The notes under the pieces: generated by a model
What the model saw: only the letters and a program-made list of their open reading frames with translations
Database searches by the model: none
What the model was told of the DNA's origin: nothing
Shown here: positions 7,501 through 16,499 of the stretch, piece by piece
Numbering within the stretch: the first letter of the stretch is position 1
How the letters are laid out: the number at the start of each line of letters is the position of its first letter
Position numbers and translations under genes: made by a program
From: an uncultured Pirellulales bacterium
GTDB taxonomy: Bacteria > Planctomycetota > Planctomycetia > Pirellulales > S012-138
Assembly: GCA_964511065.1 (NCBI GenBank)
Contig: CAZEEG010000010.1
Span: 1,796-65,795 of the forward strand
DNA: 64,000 nucleotides
Direction of reading: 5' to 3'

Positions 7501-9224
7501 CCCGTGGCCTTCTCGTTGGAAGCAAGTGTGATGAACTTGATGTGGTCGTTGACCGATGTGTCGCCGCCGGCGGTGCCTGCTTTTTCGCCGCCATCGAAAT
7601 AGTTCGTAGGCTGCAGCTCGCGAATGGCATACGTGGCACCGGGCGTCAAATCGGTGAAGGTGTAGTAGCCGTTGGCATCGGTAACGGTCGATTGAACCAC
7701 ATTGCCATCGGCATCGAGCAGTTGTACGGTGACGCCCGCAATGCCGTAGTCGCTGCCGTCGAAAATGACGTTATCGTTATGGTCGGCGAAGACGCGGCCC
7801 GTCAGCGAAGCTGGTAACAACTCGCCAAAGTTGTACTGCTGGCCATGCTGCCCGCTGGCCGTGAACGAGACGTTGGTAATCGTATCGTTGCCAGCGAAAA
7901 CGCCGCCCAGGCTGCCGATGGAGTCCTTGCCGTCGAGCCATCCGCCCGAGGGCTGAATCTCGGTCACGGTGTAGACCTGCGTGGGATCGAGATTGCCAAC
8001 GGACCATGAACCATCGGCGTCGGTGGTGGTAAAGATCGGTGAACTGCCGCCGGAGCCGACAGCGTCGATCCGAATCTGCACACCGCCGATACCGGTCTCG
8101 CCAGCGTCCTTGATGCCGTCGTTATCGGCATCGTGATAGACATGCCCACTGAGGGTGCCTGGCAACGCCTCGCCAAACTTGTGGCCGGTGCTGTGCTCGC
8201 CGCCCAGCAGTTCGATGTCGGTAATGACGTCGTGATTGGCGACCGTTCCACCCGACCCGGCCGTCGAACCTGTGCTGAAATATCCGTCGGGCTGCGTTTC
8301 TACGATGCGGTACTTGCCTGGCTCATTGCTCGTGAAACTGAAATTGCCGTTGCTATCGGTTGTGGAGCGCAGGCCGGTGTCTTCCCACAGCCCCGTATCT
8401 TCGTTGAAGCGATAGAGCGAAAGCTCCACGTCGGGGATGCCAACTTCGCCGGTGTCGTGTTGCCCGTCCAGGTCGACGTCGTGGTAAACCGTACCGGAAA
8501 TGGTGAAGGGCGTCACCTGCTGCTGGGCGCTGAAACCGGTACCGGCGGTGCGCTCGTTGGTGCCTTCGGCCGGTGGCAGGTTGGCATCCAGCGGCACATC
8601 GACACTGCTGTCGATCATGTGATCGTAGTCATCATAGAACGTGCCGGTAGCGGTCAGATCATCGTGATGGCCGTTGGTATCGACCCACGTGGCGGTCAGC
8701 GTGGAGCCTTGGAACTCGGCACCGTCGACCAGCGAGTTGGGCGCTGAATCCAGTTCGTCCACGTCGACCAGGAAGATCAGCTTCTCGCCGGCTTCCCAGC
8801 CCTGCACATGAATGGTTATTGTGGTCTTGTCGGGTGACAACGACCAGTAGGTGATGTCCTCGGCCTTGATGTCTGAATCGTCGGCGATGGTGAATGGGAA
8901 ATATGGGCCAACACCCGGTGCGTCGCCGTCGACATCGAAGAACACGTCGCCGTTGTCGAGTATCCCGTTCTGGTTGATGTCGCCGGAGATTTCCAACTGG
9001 GTAAGCTGCGTTCCCTCGGCGCCGCCGGTCCAGGCAATTTCGAAGCGGTCACCTTCGGTCTCGAAGCTCGTCGACGACGTCTCGGTGAACACGGCCCCGA
9101 TGTGGATCGGGTCGGCCGATAGCATCAACCGCGATTCCATCTGCTCGAAGCGGCAGATTCGTGTCGTGCGCGACGTCTTGCGACCGGCGCTATCCTGGCG
9201 GCGCTGCTTCTTGAACCAGGCCAC
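4512..9224 (-). CDS. giant secreted/cell-surface repeat protein: N-terminal E-x-R-L-M-L-S motif, 8 SdrD-B/Cna-B-like domains, Pro-rich linker, C-terminal FG-GAP/VCBS repeats
   Basis: 1570 aa. The N-terminus is MAWFKKQRR...RFEQMESRLMLSADP. Eight ~113-aa units have the pattern SGYV(Y/F)xDxxxxGxxDxGExGxxxVxxxLxDxxGxxVxxTxTDxxGxYxFxxLxPGxYxVx(E/Q)xQP. The linker is PPPPPPGPPAP. At least six (I/V)xGD(F/W)(N/D)GDG...(V/I)G(V/I)F repeats follow. Confidence 0.9.
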   Translation of the reverse strand: MAWFKKQRRQDSAGRKTSRTTRICRFEQMESRLMLSADPIHIGAVFTETSSTSFETEGDRFEIAWTGGAEGTQLTQLEISGDINQNGILDNGDVFFDVDGDAPGVGPYFPFTIADDSDIKAEDITYWSLSPDKTTITIHVQGWEAGEKLIFLVDVDELDSAPNSLVDGAEFQGSTLTATWVDTNGHHDDLTATGTFYDDYDHMIDSSVDVPLDANLPPAEGTNERTAGTGFSAQQQVTPFTISGTVYHDVDLDGQHDTGEVGIPDVELSLYRFNEDTGLWEDTGLRSTTDSNGNFSFTSNEPGKYRIVETQPDGYFSTGSTAGSGGTVANHDVITDIELLGGEHSTGHKFGEALPGTLSGHVYHDADNDGIKDAGETGIGGVQIRIDAVGSGGSSPIFTTTDADGSWSVGNLDPTQVYTVTEIQPSGGWLDGKDSIGSLGGVFAGNDTITNVSFTASGQHGQQYNFGELLPASLTGRVFADHNDNVIFDGSDYGIAGVTVQLLDADGNVVQSTVTDANGYYTFTDLTPGATYAIRELQPTNYFDGGEKAGTAGGDTSVNDHIKFITLASNEKATGYDFAELPPASLSGYVYGDLNNSGTKDGGEPGLANVEMELVDADGNVVRTTKTDSNGFYKFDNLEHGTYTVRQAEQPTGWFDGLDTAGSAGGTPHNPGDRITGVSLAIGEVATNYNFGELPPASLSGYVYGDLNNSGTKDGGEPGLANVEMELVDADGNVVRTTKTDSNGFYKFDNLEHGTYTVRQVEQPTGWFDGLDTAGSAGGTPQNPGDMITSVSLAPGQDATNYNFGELPPASLSGYVYGDMNNSGTRDSGEPGLANVEMELVDADGNVVRTTKTDSNGFYKFDHLPPGVYTVRQVEQPAGWYDGQESAGSVGGTPDNPGDSIRDITLNQGVHAVNYNFGELPPGSIAGYVFRDDDGDCHRDPGEPGIANVKIELLDQDGNVVATTFTDSDGQFKFENVAPGVYSLRETQPDGYYDSDDHAGTAGGFAHNPGDLITGIHLSAAQHATDYHFCEVGPGSISGYVFQDGPPVMIRQGQTPSLIELQSQRNGQFTSDDTPLAGVQLFLADANGNLIRDANGNPVTTFTDANGFYRFSGLAPGQYVILQAQPQGYYDGIDTPGTTGGVAANFGNEGHPALAGINHGYNAIAAVTVVGSQESRFNNFSEIAVTEVPFIPPPPPPGPPAPKLPLNEPAPLHFAQGPPIHGAQLVSAPHSNIDLYFGTGGTVQSSAYSWHLSVIDAGNPRGGSAEGESLVSVSDATFDVFTSTHKAELRNGYFVLPQEGLAEDQVLNFGREGAIPIAGDFNGDGFAEVGVFVDGHWYIDLNGNGVWDDGDLWAKLGNAGDLPVVGDWDGDGKDDIGIFGPEWPGDPRAVMSEPGLPDRQNETSGARKNMPPRPYDTSLGHRTLKRTANGELRTDVIDHVFYFGGARDIPVAGDWNGDGVDTIGVFMNGTWILDDNGDGRWLPGETMVELGQAGDMPVVGDFNGDGVTDLGVFRDGKWMIDINGNHTFDPDDLYIEFGQPGDMPVVADWDGDGIDEVGVYRQGVIQRPDL
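6450..7486 (-). repeat. three tandem 339-bp (113-codon) in-frame repeats inside the giant protein gene; the two upstream copies share a 193-bp perfectly identical block
   Basis: The anchor GAAGCCGTTG recurs at 6651, 6990 and 7329, a period of 339. Positions 6952-7144 are identical to 7291-7483. The third copy (about 6450-6788) is more diverged. Confidence 0.9.
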
Positions 9225-9394
9225 GATGAACCTCCGTGTTCCTAATCGTCCCAGGGGATTGTTCTCTATGGTGCCAGGCGCATCCCGCGCCGGCTCGATG
9301 TTGCCACAACCAACATTGCCCCGAAAAACGCCTTCATCGCCCAGATGGTGGTCTCTGCCCGGGTGGATGTTGCCATTCGCCGGCGGCAGCTGGG

Positions 9395-10444
9395 CTATCG
9401 GGTGGGAAAGCCCGGCAGGTTAGCCGTGTTTCCCGGCCCGCGGCGATCGAGATTCCAGAGCATGATGGTCGTGTCGTAACTGCCCGAAATGAGCAGGTTG
9501 CGCTGGCGATCGAGGGTCAGCGAAGTCACGGTGCCCGTGTGGCCCACCAACCGATACAGTTCGGCCTGGTTGGGCAGGTCCCACACCCGCACCATGTTGT
9601 CGGTCCCGCCGGTCACCAGACGGTTGTTATCCAGGAAAAGCATCGTGAGCACGCGGCCTGGACGGCTGGGCAACGTGTGCAACAGTTCGCCCGATCGGAC
9701 GTCGTACACCGAGACATTCAGGCCTTCACCACCGGTGGCAACCTTGGAGCCATCGGGCGAGAATTCCACCGACCGCAACCGGCGGCGGTCGACTCGGATC
9801 TGGTGAAGCCGCTGCCCGCTGCCAATGTCCCAAATGGTCAACTGGCCGTCCTGTCCGACCGCGGCCAGCTTCTGACCATCAGGTGAAAATGCCAAGGCCC
9901 GCATATCGCGGCACGGGCATTCAAACTCGGTGAGCAGGTCGCCCTCGGTGCGGAACAAGCTCAACTTGGGCGTGAACCCAACCACACCAAACAGAGCACC
10001 TTGCGGATCGAATTGGGCGGCGTAGATCGCCGGGGTGTTCAACGACAATGCCCGCAGTTGTTCGCCGGTTTGCACGTCCCAGAACAAAATGGAACGGTCC
10101 TCGCCAGCGGAAATGAGCATCCGCCCATCACGGCTGAAGGATACGGTCCGCACCCAGTCTCGGTGGCCCCGCAGTACGCGGATCAACTGGCCGTCCTTCA
10201 CGTTCCAGACGCGGACAAAGTGATCGTCCCCGGCGGCGGCAATTTGCGCACCATCGGGGCTGATCGCCACCGTCGAGATCACCGAGGCCTGGGCCTGTGT
10301 CGGATCGCGCGGAACCTGGATGGTTTGCTGCGGTGGAATCACCGCGGGCGGGTCGGCCTGGGCGGCGGTGGAAAGTCCGAGTTGAATGGAAAGCACCAAG
10401 CCGCACGGTGCCAGCAAGGCCATTTGCCATCGCCGTGTCATCAT
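9395..10444 (-). CDS. secreted WD40-repeat (beta-propeller) protein
   Basis: Signal-like N-terminus MMTRRWQMALLAPCGLVLSIQLGLSTAAQA. Repeated GH...V.S..FSPDG..L.S...D..I..WD units occur about 7 times. Confidence 0.85.
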   Translation of the reverse strand: MMTRRWQMALLAPCGLVLSIQLGLSTAAQADPPAVIPPQQTIQVPRDPTQAQASVISTVAISPDGAQIAAAGDDHFVRVWNVKDGQLIRVLRGHRDWVRTVSFSRDGRMLISAGEDRSILFWDVQTGEQLRALSLNTPAIYAAQFDPQGALFGVVGFTPKLSLFRTEGDLLTEFECPCRDMRALAFSPDGQKLAAVGQDGQLTIWDIGSGQRLHQIRVDRRRLRSVEFSPDGSKVATGGEGLNVSVYDVRSGELLHTLPSRPGRVLTMLFLDNNRLVTGGTDNMVRVWDLPNQAELYRLVGHTGTVTSLTLDRQRNLLISGSYDTTIMLWNLDRRGPGNTANLPGFPTR

Positions 10445-10800
10445 AGCGGTTGAGCCCTTTGCAACGGGGAGCAGGGGGGATCATGGCGTACCCGTGGGGA
10501 CAGCTTGCGCGCAGCCGATCCTACCGGGACACTACCTTCTATCGGCCCGCTGCGCTCATTAAGGAAAGTCGAAATTGGCAAACATTGACGGCTGTTCCAC
10601 AACGGCCGAAAACTACGGCGGTTGGATGAACGGTGGAATGTTCCGATTGGGGGGGCAGCATACTGACAGGCAGCTTGGCGGCACGCTGAACGCGGCGCAT
10701 CGGTGCGATCAGCGCCGCCATGACCGGTATTGGCGGTCGTGCTGGCGCTGCCGTTACGGCTGGCACAATTTGGCATTTCCCGCCGTCCCGCAATGCGCAA

Positions 10801-10842
10801 CAAAAACGCCCGCGAGGCCGATGACATCAGCCTCGCGGGCGT
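10801..10842 (-). terminator. Rho-independent terminator of gap
   Basis: Perfect 13-bp stem ACGCCCGCGAGGC / GCCTCGCGGGCGT (10806-10818 and 10830-10842) with an 11-nt loop, followed on the minus strand by TTTTTG. It lies 45 nt after the stop at 10887. Confidence 0.8.
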
Positions 10843-10886
10843 TGGATTCTCCGTCGGTGGCACGGTTGGGGTGCCGCTGCGCAGGA

Positions 10887-11912
10887 CTACTTAAGCTGCT
10901 TGCCCATCTTCTCGATGAGATCGACGCTGCGGCAGCTATACCCCCATTCGTTGTCGTACCAGGAAACAACTTTCAGCAGGTTACCATCGACCACCTGGGT
11001 GAAGTCGGAGGCGAAGATCGAACTGTGCGAGTCGCCGATGATGTCGGTCGAAACCAGCGGATCGGTGGTGTAGCACAGGATGTTCTTCAGCGGGCCTTCG
11101 GCCGCCTCCTTCATCGCCTGGTTCACTTCTTCCGGAGTGACCGATTTGGCCATCTCGCAGGTCAGGTCCACCACGCTCCCGGTGGCAACCGGCACGCGGA
11201 AGGCGATTCCCGTCAGCTTGCCCTTGAGCTCAGGGATCACCAGGCCGACCGCTTTCGCGGCGCCGGTGCTGGTGGGGATGATGTTCTGCGCCGCGGCCCG
11301 GGCACGGTAGGGATCCTTGTGCGGCAGGTCCTGCACGTTTTGATCGTTGGTGTAGGCGTGGACCGTGGTCATCAGCCCTTTGACGATGCCAAACTTCTCG
11401 TGCAGCACCTTGGCGACCGGCGCCAGGCAGTTGGTGGTGCAACTGGCGTTGGAAACGCACTTGAGGTCCGGGGTGAGCTTGTCGTCGTTGACGCCCAGCA
11501 CGCAGGTCAGGTCGGCACCGTCCTTGGCCGGGGCCGAAAGCACGACCCGCTTGGCGCCCGCCTTAAGATGCGTGTCGTAGCCGGGCTTCTCGTCGGTGGC
11601 CCGCGCGGTGAAGATGCCGGTGCTTTCCAGGGCGATGTCCACATTCAATTCGCCCCAGGGAAGCTTGCTGGGGTCGCGCTCGGAGAGGGCCCGGATCTTC
11701 TTGCCGTCGACGGTCAGGTATTCATCGTCGAACGATACGGTACCCGGATAACGCCGGTGCGTGCTGTCGTACTTCAGCAGCGTGGCCAGCATTTCGTTGC
11801 TGGTAAGGTCGTTGATGGCGACCACTTCGAAGACGTCCGGACGAGACATCAAATTCCGGAAGACAAGTCGGCCGATACGCCCGAAGCCGTTGATTGCGAC
11901 GCGAATTGGCAC
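10887..11912 (-). CDS. gap: glyceraldehyde-3-phosphate dehydrogenase (type I)
   Basis: GTG start at 11912 preceded by GGAG. Motifs are [11 protein letters not shown] (NAD binding), the [12 protein letters not shown] catalytic Cys motif and WYDNEWGYS. The protein is 341 aa. The upstream 57 codons of the track ORF are not GAPDH-like. Confidence 0.95.
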   Translation of the reverse strand: MPIRVAINGFGRIGRLVFRNLMSRPDVFEVVAINDLTSNEMLATLLKYDSTHRRYPGTVSFDDEYLTVDGKKIRALSERDPSKLPWGELNVDIALESTGIFTARATDEKPGYDTHLKAGAKRVVLSAPAKDGADLTCVLGVNDDKLTPDLKCVSNASCTTNCLAPVAKVLHEKFGIVKGLMTTVHAYTNDQNVQDLPHKDPYRARAAAQNIIPTSTGAAKAVGLVIPELKGKLTGIAFRVPVATGSVVDLTCEMAKSVTPEEVNQAMKEAAEGPLKNILCYTTDPLVSTDIIGDSHSSIFASDFTQVVDGNLLKVVSWYDNEWGYSCRSVDLIEKMGKQLK

Positions 11913-12556
11913 GGTTTCCAACTCCTTGATGCGGGGGGATGAACGAGCGGCAGCGCGTTGTGAGTCCCGGTGCTGGAACTCGCCGCGACACCGATAGTCG
12001 AAACACTTGCAGACCGGACGCCGCGGAAACCGGCTGCTCTGCTTTTTCCGGCAAGGATGAGCCGCCCCGGCCAGGATTCGCACCCGAAAACGAGCCCAGC
12101 TTCGTCGGACGGTTCGCCGATCAACATAGCGCTTGACCGGCAGACTGTCAACGCACCCCCGGTTCGCGACTCTTCGATCCTATCGTTTTACGATCAAAGG
12201 ACTAAGGTACGTCCAACCGCCGTCGATGCCCACCCCTCTCCCCGTCCGGAGAACTACCTTCCCTGCCATGATGATTTTGGAAGTTAAAAGCGCAAATGCG
12301 GGGCTGCAACCGTGGTCCAATCAGGACCCACGCGGCGAGCTCGTTTGAGTGCGAGTATCAAGAATCGTGAACCGTGTGTACGACATTTCGTGAGGGGTTA
12401 GGACGGGCTGCCCCCCACGGGTTCTGCATCGTCGGCGATGGGCAATTCATCACACGCTTTGGGAATCACCGGTAACGTCTGATGCATCCCGCGGCCAACA
12501 CACCATCGTCCCATACCCACATTCGGCTCGGGGGGGAGGGGGCTGGCATGGCGATG

Positions 12557-12802
12557 CTACTGCGGCGGCATTGGCAGGCCTGCGCGGAGAAACCATCGAG
12601 CCCAGAGGGCCAAGGCGGAAAGCAGGCTCACGCCTGCGATGCTCAAGCCGCCAAGGTGGAGCCATATGACGGAAGTGCCCATGGCCTCGGTCGAAACGAT
12701 GAACTCATCAATCGCCGAGGGAAGCGCCTGGGGATCGAGCACCGGTGTCGGCATCCAGTGAGTCGCGACTGTCGGTGCCGCGAAGGCATCAACCAATCCC
12801 AA
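12557..12802 (-). CDS. possible small two-TM membrane protein; the start is unresolved (see finding on frame conflict)
   Basis: This frame has coding-like GC3 and the hydrophobic segments AIAAGVLGLVDAFAA and VIWLHLGGLSIAGVSLLSALALWARWF. It has only a TTG start without an SD. A strong SD+ATG at 12852 is in another frame. Confidence 0.3.
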   Translation of the reverse strand: MGLVDAFAAPTVATHWMPTPVLDPQALPSAIDEFIVSTEAMGTSVIWLHLGGLSIAGVSLLSALALWARWFLRAGLPMPPQ

Positions 12803-12890
12803 TACGCCTGCCGCGATCGCGCATACAATGCCGGCCCGATGGCGCTGCTCATCCGCTTGCCTCCTCTTGCAGCGCCGCGTGAGACGGCCG

Positions 12891-15800
12891 TTACCGCGGG
12901 CCGAACAGGCGTTTCAAACCCTGGTCCAGGTTCTGGAACAGGCTTTCGGACTTGAGTTCTTGATTCAGTTCCTGCACTCCACGGTCCAGCAGCTTTTGCA
13001 GCGCATCGCCGCCGGCCCGCTGCAGGTTATCGTCGCTCAGCAGGCCCGCAATGGCCTGCGAACTGAGTCGGCTGCGGTCGATCCGCGGTTGGCTCAGCGT
13101 ACCGTGGATCGGGATTTCCAGACCCTGTGTTTGCAGACCCGCCAGGGCGGGCACCTGGGCAAACAGCTTGGGGGCATGGACGTGGGCGACGATGGCCAGC
13201 GACTGGTCCAAGCCCACCGAGCCTCGGGTGCTCACGGTGACGTCGTCGAAATCCAGGACCAGGTTCTGGTGGTACACCCGGCCATCCACCAGGCGGTAAT
13301 TGATGACCGATTCCCGTTGGAGCCGCGCGACTTCCGCGCGGGTAAATCCGCTCGTCTTACCGCCGGCCAGGCGCACAGCATTGATCGAACCGGCGATCAA
13401 ATGCAACAGCGGGCCCGGCGTGATGGTGATATCGTGTACGTACATCCGGCCGGCAATTTCAGCGTCTTTAGCATCGCCCAAGGGGATGCGGCAACCGCCC
13501 GTATCCAGCGAGAACCGTCCTTGGGGCCTGGTGGCGTTTGCCAGCAGCGGGGCAATGTACTTCAATCCGCGGCTGCACATTTCCTCGGTCACTTCCACCT
13601 GCTCAAACAGCATGCCCGGCTCCAAGTGGAATTCGGGGCGCGGTGTGGTGAGCACAATTCGCGGTTCGGCCCGCACGCGGCCATTGTTCACGGCCAGGTC
13701 AAACGGTTTGATGCCCAGCGTTCCTTGGTACAGGTAACCTTGAATCTCGCCCGAACCCGCCCGGAAGCCGTAGGCTTCGATAGCGGTCCAGTCAACCGTG
13801 GTGGCAGCGCTCCACTGGGCCAATGGACTGGCTGCGGGCGTATTGACCGAGGCTGCCACGCCGCGCTCGCCCGCGTCCCACAACGGCCCGCTGACTTGGA
13901 ACGGGCGAGGTCGCCGAACGAGGGCAATGTTGACGCCATCGCCAATGTACGGCCGCAGCAGCGGAAGCAGCGATTCGTAGTCGTAATCGACACTACCCAT
14001 CAATGCCAGCATCGCGTGCGTTGAGACACCGCTGATCGCACCTTGGCCCTGGAGCCGCAACGAGCGGCTATCCACCTGCACGCGGTCGATTTGTACGGCA
14101 TCCTGCTGTTCGTCGTAGCGGGCCAGCGTGGCCAATGAAATGGAAGGCTCGCTCCAGGTCCAATCCGCACCGGCCGCCTTAGCATCTTTCCAAAGCAGTT
14201 GGAGGTCGTATTGGCTGCGGCGATCCGCCTGCGATACCTGGGCAGTTCCCTTCACCGTTCCGGCCATCTGCCATTGAGCCAGTGCCCGGTGCCAAGGCCG
14301 TAACCGGGCCAGGTCGCCGGAGAACGACACGGTGCCGTAGAATTGCGGCGCCCGTTGCAGAGGCAGGTCGAGCACGGCTTCGCGGGTGTCGATGCTGAAG
14401 GAATTACCGGTAAGCACCAGTTGACCGATCTCGGCCCGGCGCACGGCCTGGTTCCACGAGGCATCGATCGCCAGCTGGACCTGCGGATCGTCGATTTTCC
14501 AGTCACCGGTACGCAGGCTGAGATTGTCGACAATCGCCTGCGACTGCCGCAGGGTCACAAACTCCTTGGACGCCGTGCCAAAGGCGGACATGCGGAGGAA
14601 GCCTTGGGCCGAAACCTCGGGCAGCGGTCCGGTGAGTGGTTCCAGCCGAGCAATCAGTTGTGGCAGTTCGCCTTCCAGATCGAGCCGCAGCGGCCAGGCC
14701 GACGCGGCTTGGACGCGAGGCACGGCCTCCATAAGCGTGGCCTTGAGCCGCTCAGAGCCACTTTCAACCCGCAGCACTCCCGATTGCAAACTCCGCAGCT
14801 TGAACTCGGCGTCGGTGGAGCCAGAGGCCTTGACCAGCGCTAACAGGCGAGGTTCGCGCCAAGGGGCCTTGCCGGGCAAGGTGAACTCGAAATCCTGAAT
14901 CTGGCACTCATATTGGCCTTCAAAGGAGCCATCGGGCTGCTGCTCCCAGTGCAGGTAGCTCCAGCCATCGCCGCCGAATCGGCAGGAACCCAGATCGACG
15001 AACCGCCCCAGCTCGGCAGCCAACCGGTCGAGATCGTGTTCGGCTGCCACGGCGAACGAGCGCGACGTGCCTTCGGCATCGAGCACCAGGAAGTCCGACT
15101 CGCAATGCAGCAGGTCGATTGCGAGGCCCAGCGGCGTTTCGCGCGCTTTGAGCTCCATGCGGATCGGACGGTCCCACACGATGCGCTGTCCGGCGTTAAA
15201 GCCGGTGAGATTGGTCGTCACCACCTGAGCATGCCAGGCCATGCCATCGGTGCCTATCCGATGGGTGAGGTTGGCCTGCACGTTGCCCGACTCCACCTGG
15301 GTGCCGGGCCGGATGTGCAGCGTATTGGGCAACAGCCGCGCCAGGCGAGCGAGGTCAATTCGGGCAATCACGTCGTATTCGTGCGACCGCAGCGCTTGCA
15401 GCAGGGTTTGCCAGTCGTTGGTGATGGGGAATTCAAGCCGCCCGCCAAACTGAAGATCGCCCACCTCGCTGAAGGCATTGAACTCCTGGACGATGACGCG
15501 GTTGCCGTGACGGTAAAGCTGGCAAGGCACCTGTAGCTGTTCAAATTGCAGCGTGTCGCGGCCCAACGACGGATCGCGAATCGACAACTGCTGGGCCCGC
15601 AGCTCGCCGGTCAGCGAAGCCGTGGTCAGCCCAGACTCTTCACCCCAGTGAAACGTGTTGCTGCCTGTCAACCAGCCAGAGACCTCCAAGCCGGGCCGAA
15701 TGCGGCGAAGGATCGGGTGCAACAGTTGGAGCGGCAGGTTATCGGCATGAACCGTCAGCAGGCCGCTTGGTTCGACGGCGATCACGTCGCCCACGGTCGA

Positions 15801-16499
15801 TTCAAAGGTGGCGGAAAACTGCGAGGCCCGGTCCGGCTGCGCCACTTCTCCCGAGGCCTCCATTTGCAGCGGTGGCAGCCCATCGGGATTGAGCGTGACT
15901 TTGGCCTGAAAGCGATCGATGCGCCACCGGGTCTGGTTCGTTTGGTCTTCAATCACAAAGACGCCATCGCGCACGTGCACCACGGCATTGGGCACTGGCT
16001 GCGTGGAAGGCCGATTGAGAATCTGGGCCAGCAGCGCTTCGAGATTGCTGTCGCGCTGGGCGAACTGGATGCGCAGTTCCGGCGATTCGATGTCGATCGC
16101 GCCATACTGGTTGTCACCCGTCAGCAGCGCGAGCAGGGTTTGGTGTAACTTGATCGTCTTGGCCTGGGCAATCAGATTGCCATCAGGCTCCCGGACTTCA
16201 ACGTCGGTCAGTACCACGGGCGAAAACCAGCCCAGCGAGGCGCTGCCCGCCGTGACCGTACCGTTCAAGTCGCTGCACACTGAGCCAAGGATCACGTTGC
16301 GCAGCGGCGTATGCGCCGCGATCATGGGGGCGGCCCAAGCCAGCAGCAGCAACCCGGCCCCCAAGAGCAGCCACTTTCGCACGCGGGCGGCGCGCGAAGG
16401 GCGGCGCGGCGTATAGCCGATCTCTCGGTCGCGCTCGGCGATATTGGGCCGTGTGCGGAATCGACGCCCGGTTCGGGTCGGGGTGCGCATCGCGGTCAT
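12891..16499 (-). CDS. large N-terminally anchored envelope protein, tentatively AsmA/TamB-like
   Basis: A basic N-terminus is followed by one TM segment (WLLLGAGLLLLAWAAPMIAA) and about 1150 aa of predicted beta-rich sequence. The C-terminal 'IPIHGTLSQPRID' resembles the AsmA-like C-terminal motif. The start (16499, 16490 or 16628) is uncertain. Confidence 0.5.
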   Translation of the reverse strand: MTAMRTPTRTGRRFRTRPNIAERDREIGYTPRRPSRAARVRKWLLLGAGLLLLAWAAPMIAAHTPLRNVILGSVCSDLNGTVTAGSASLGWFSPVVLTDVEVREPDGNLIAQAKTIKLHQTLLALLTGDNQYGAIDIESPELRIQFAQRDSNLEALLAQILNRPSTQPVPNAVVHVRDGVFVIEDQTNQTRWRIDRFQAKVTLNPDGLPPLQMEASGEVAQPDRASQFSATFESTVGDVIAVEPSGLLTVHADNLPLQLLHPILRRIRPGLEVSGWLTGSNTFHWGEESGLTTASLTGELRAQQLSIRDPSLGRDTLQFEQLQVPCQLYRHGNRVIVQEFNAFSEVGDLQFGGRLEFPITNDWQTLLQALRSHEYDVIARIDLARLARLLPNTLHIRPGTQVESGNVQANLTHRIGTDGMAWHAQVVTTNLTGFNAGQRIVWDRPIRMELKARETPLGLAIDLLHCESDFLVLDAEGTSRSFAVAAEHDLDRLAAELGRFVDLGSCRFGGDGWSYLHWEQQPDGSFEGQYECQIQDFEFTLPGKAPWREPRLLALVKASGSTDAEFKLRSLQSGVLRVESGSERLKATLMEAVPRVQAASAWPLRLDLEGELPQLIARLEPLTGPLPEVSAQGFLRMSAFGTASKEFVTLRQSQAIVDNLSLRTGDWKIDDPQVQLAIDASWNQAVRRAEIGQLVLTGNSFSIDTREAVLDLPLQRAPQFYGTVSFSGDLARLRPWHRALAQWQMAGTVKGTAQVSQADRRSQYDLQLLWKDAKAAGADWTWSEPSISLATLARYDEQQDAVQIDRVQVDSRSLRLQGQGAISGVSTHAMLALMGSVDYDYESLLPLLRPYIGDGVNIALVRRPRPFQVSGPLWDAGERGVAASVNTPAASPLAQWSAATTVDWTAIEAYGFRAGSGEIQGYLYQGTLGIKPFDLAVNNGRVRAEPRIVLTTPRPEFHLEPGMLFEQVEVTEEMCSRGLKYIAPLLANATRPQGRFSLDTGGCRIPLGDAKDAEIAGRMYVHDITITPGPLLHLIAGSINAVRLAGGKTSGFTRAEVARLQRESVINYRLVDGRVYHQNLVLDFDDVTVSTRGSVGLDQSLAIVAHVHAPKLFAQVPALAGLQTQGLEIPIHGTLSQPRIDRSRLSSQAIAGLLSDDNLQRAGGDALQKLLDRGVQELNQELKSESLFQNLDQGLKRLFGPR

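Noticed and set aside
4290-7817. Two very long plus-strand ORFs (574 aa and 592 aa) opposite the giant repeat-protein gene.
   Set aside because: They are antisense shadows of a GC-rich repeat gene. Their products are low-complexity (Ala/Val/Gly/Arg/His-rich) and repeat with the same 339-nt period. They contain no recognisable domains. The minus-strand frame carries clear SdrD-B/FG-GAP motifs.
10575-11942. 455-aa plus-strand ORF overlapping gap. Similar long antisense or alternative-frame ORFs occur at 12828-14024, 19326-20435, 20460-21920, 35568-36842, 37139-38485, 41760-43055, 43960-46014 and 54271-55275.
   Set aside because: Each lies opposite to, or out of frame with, a gene that has unambiguous family motifs. 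Their translations are Arg/Gly/Pro/Ala/His-rich with no motifs. This is typical of high-GC shadow ORFs.
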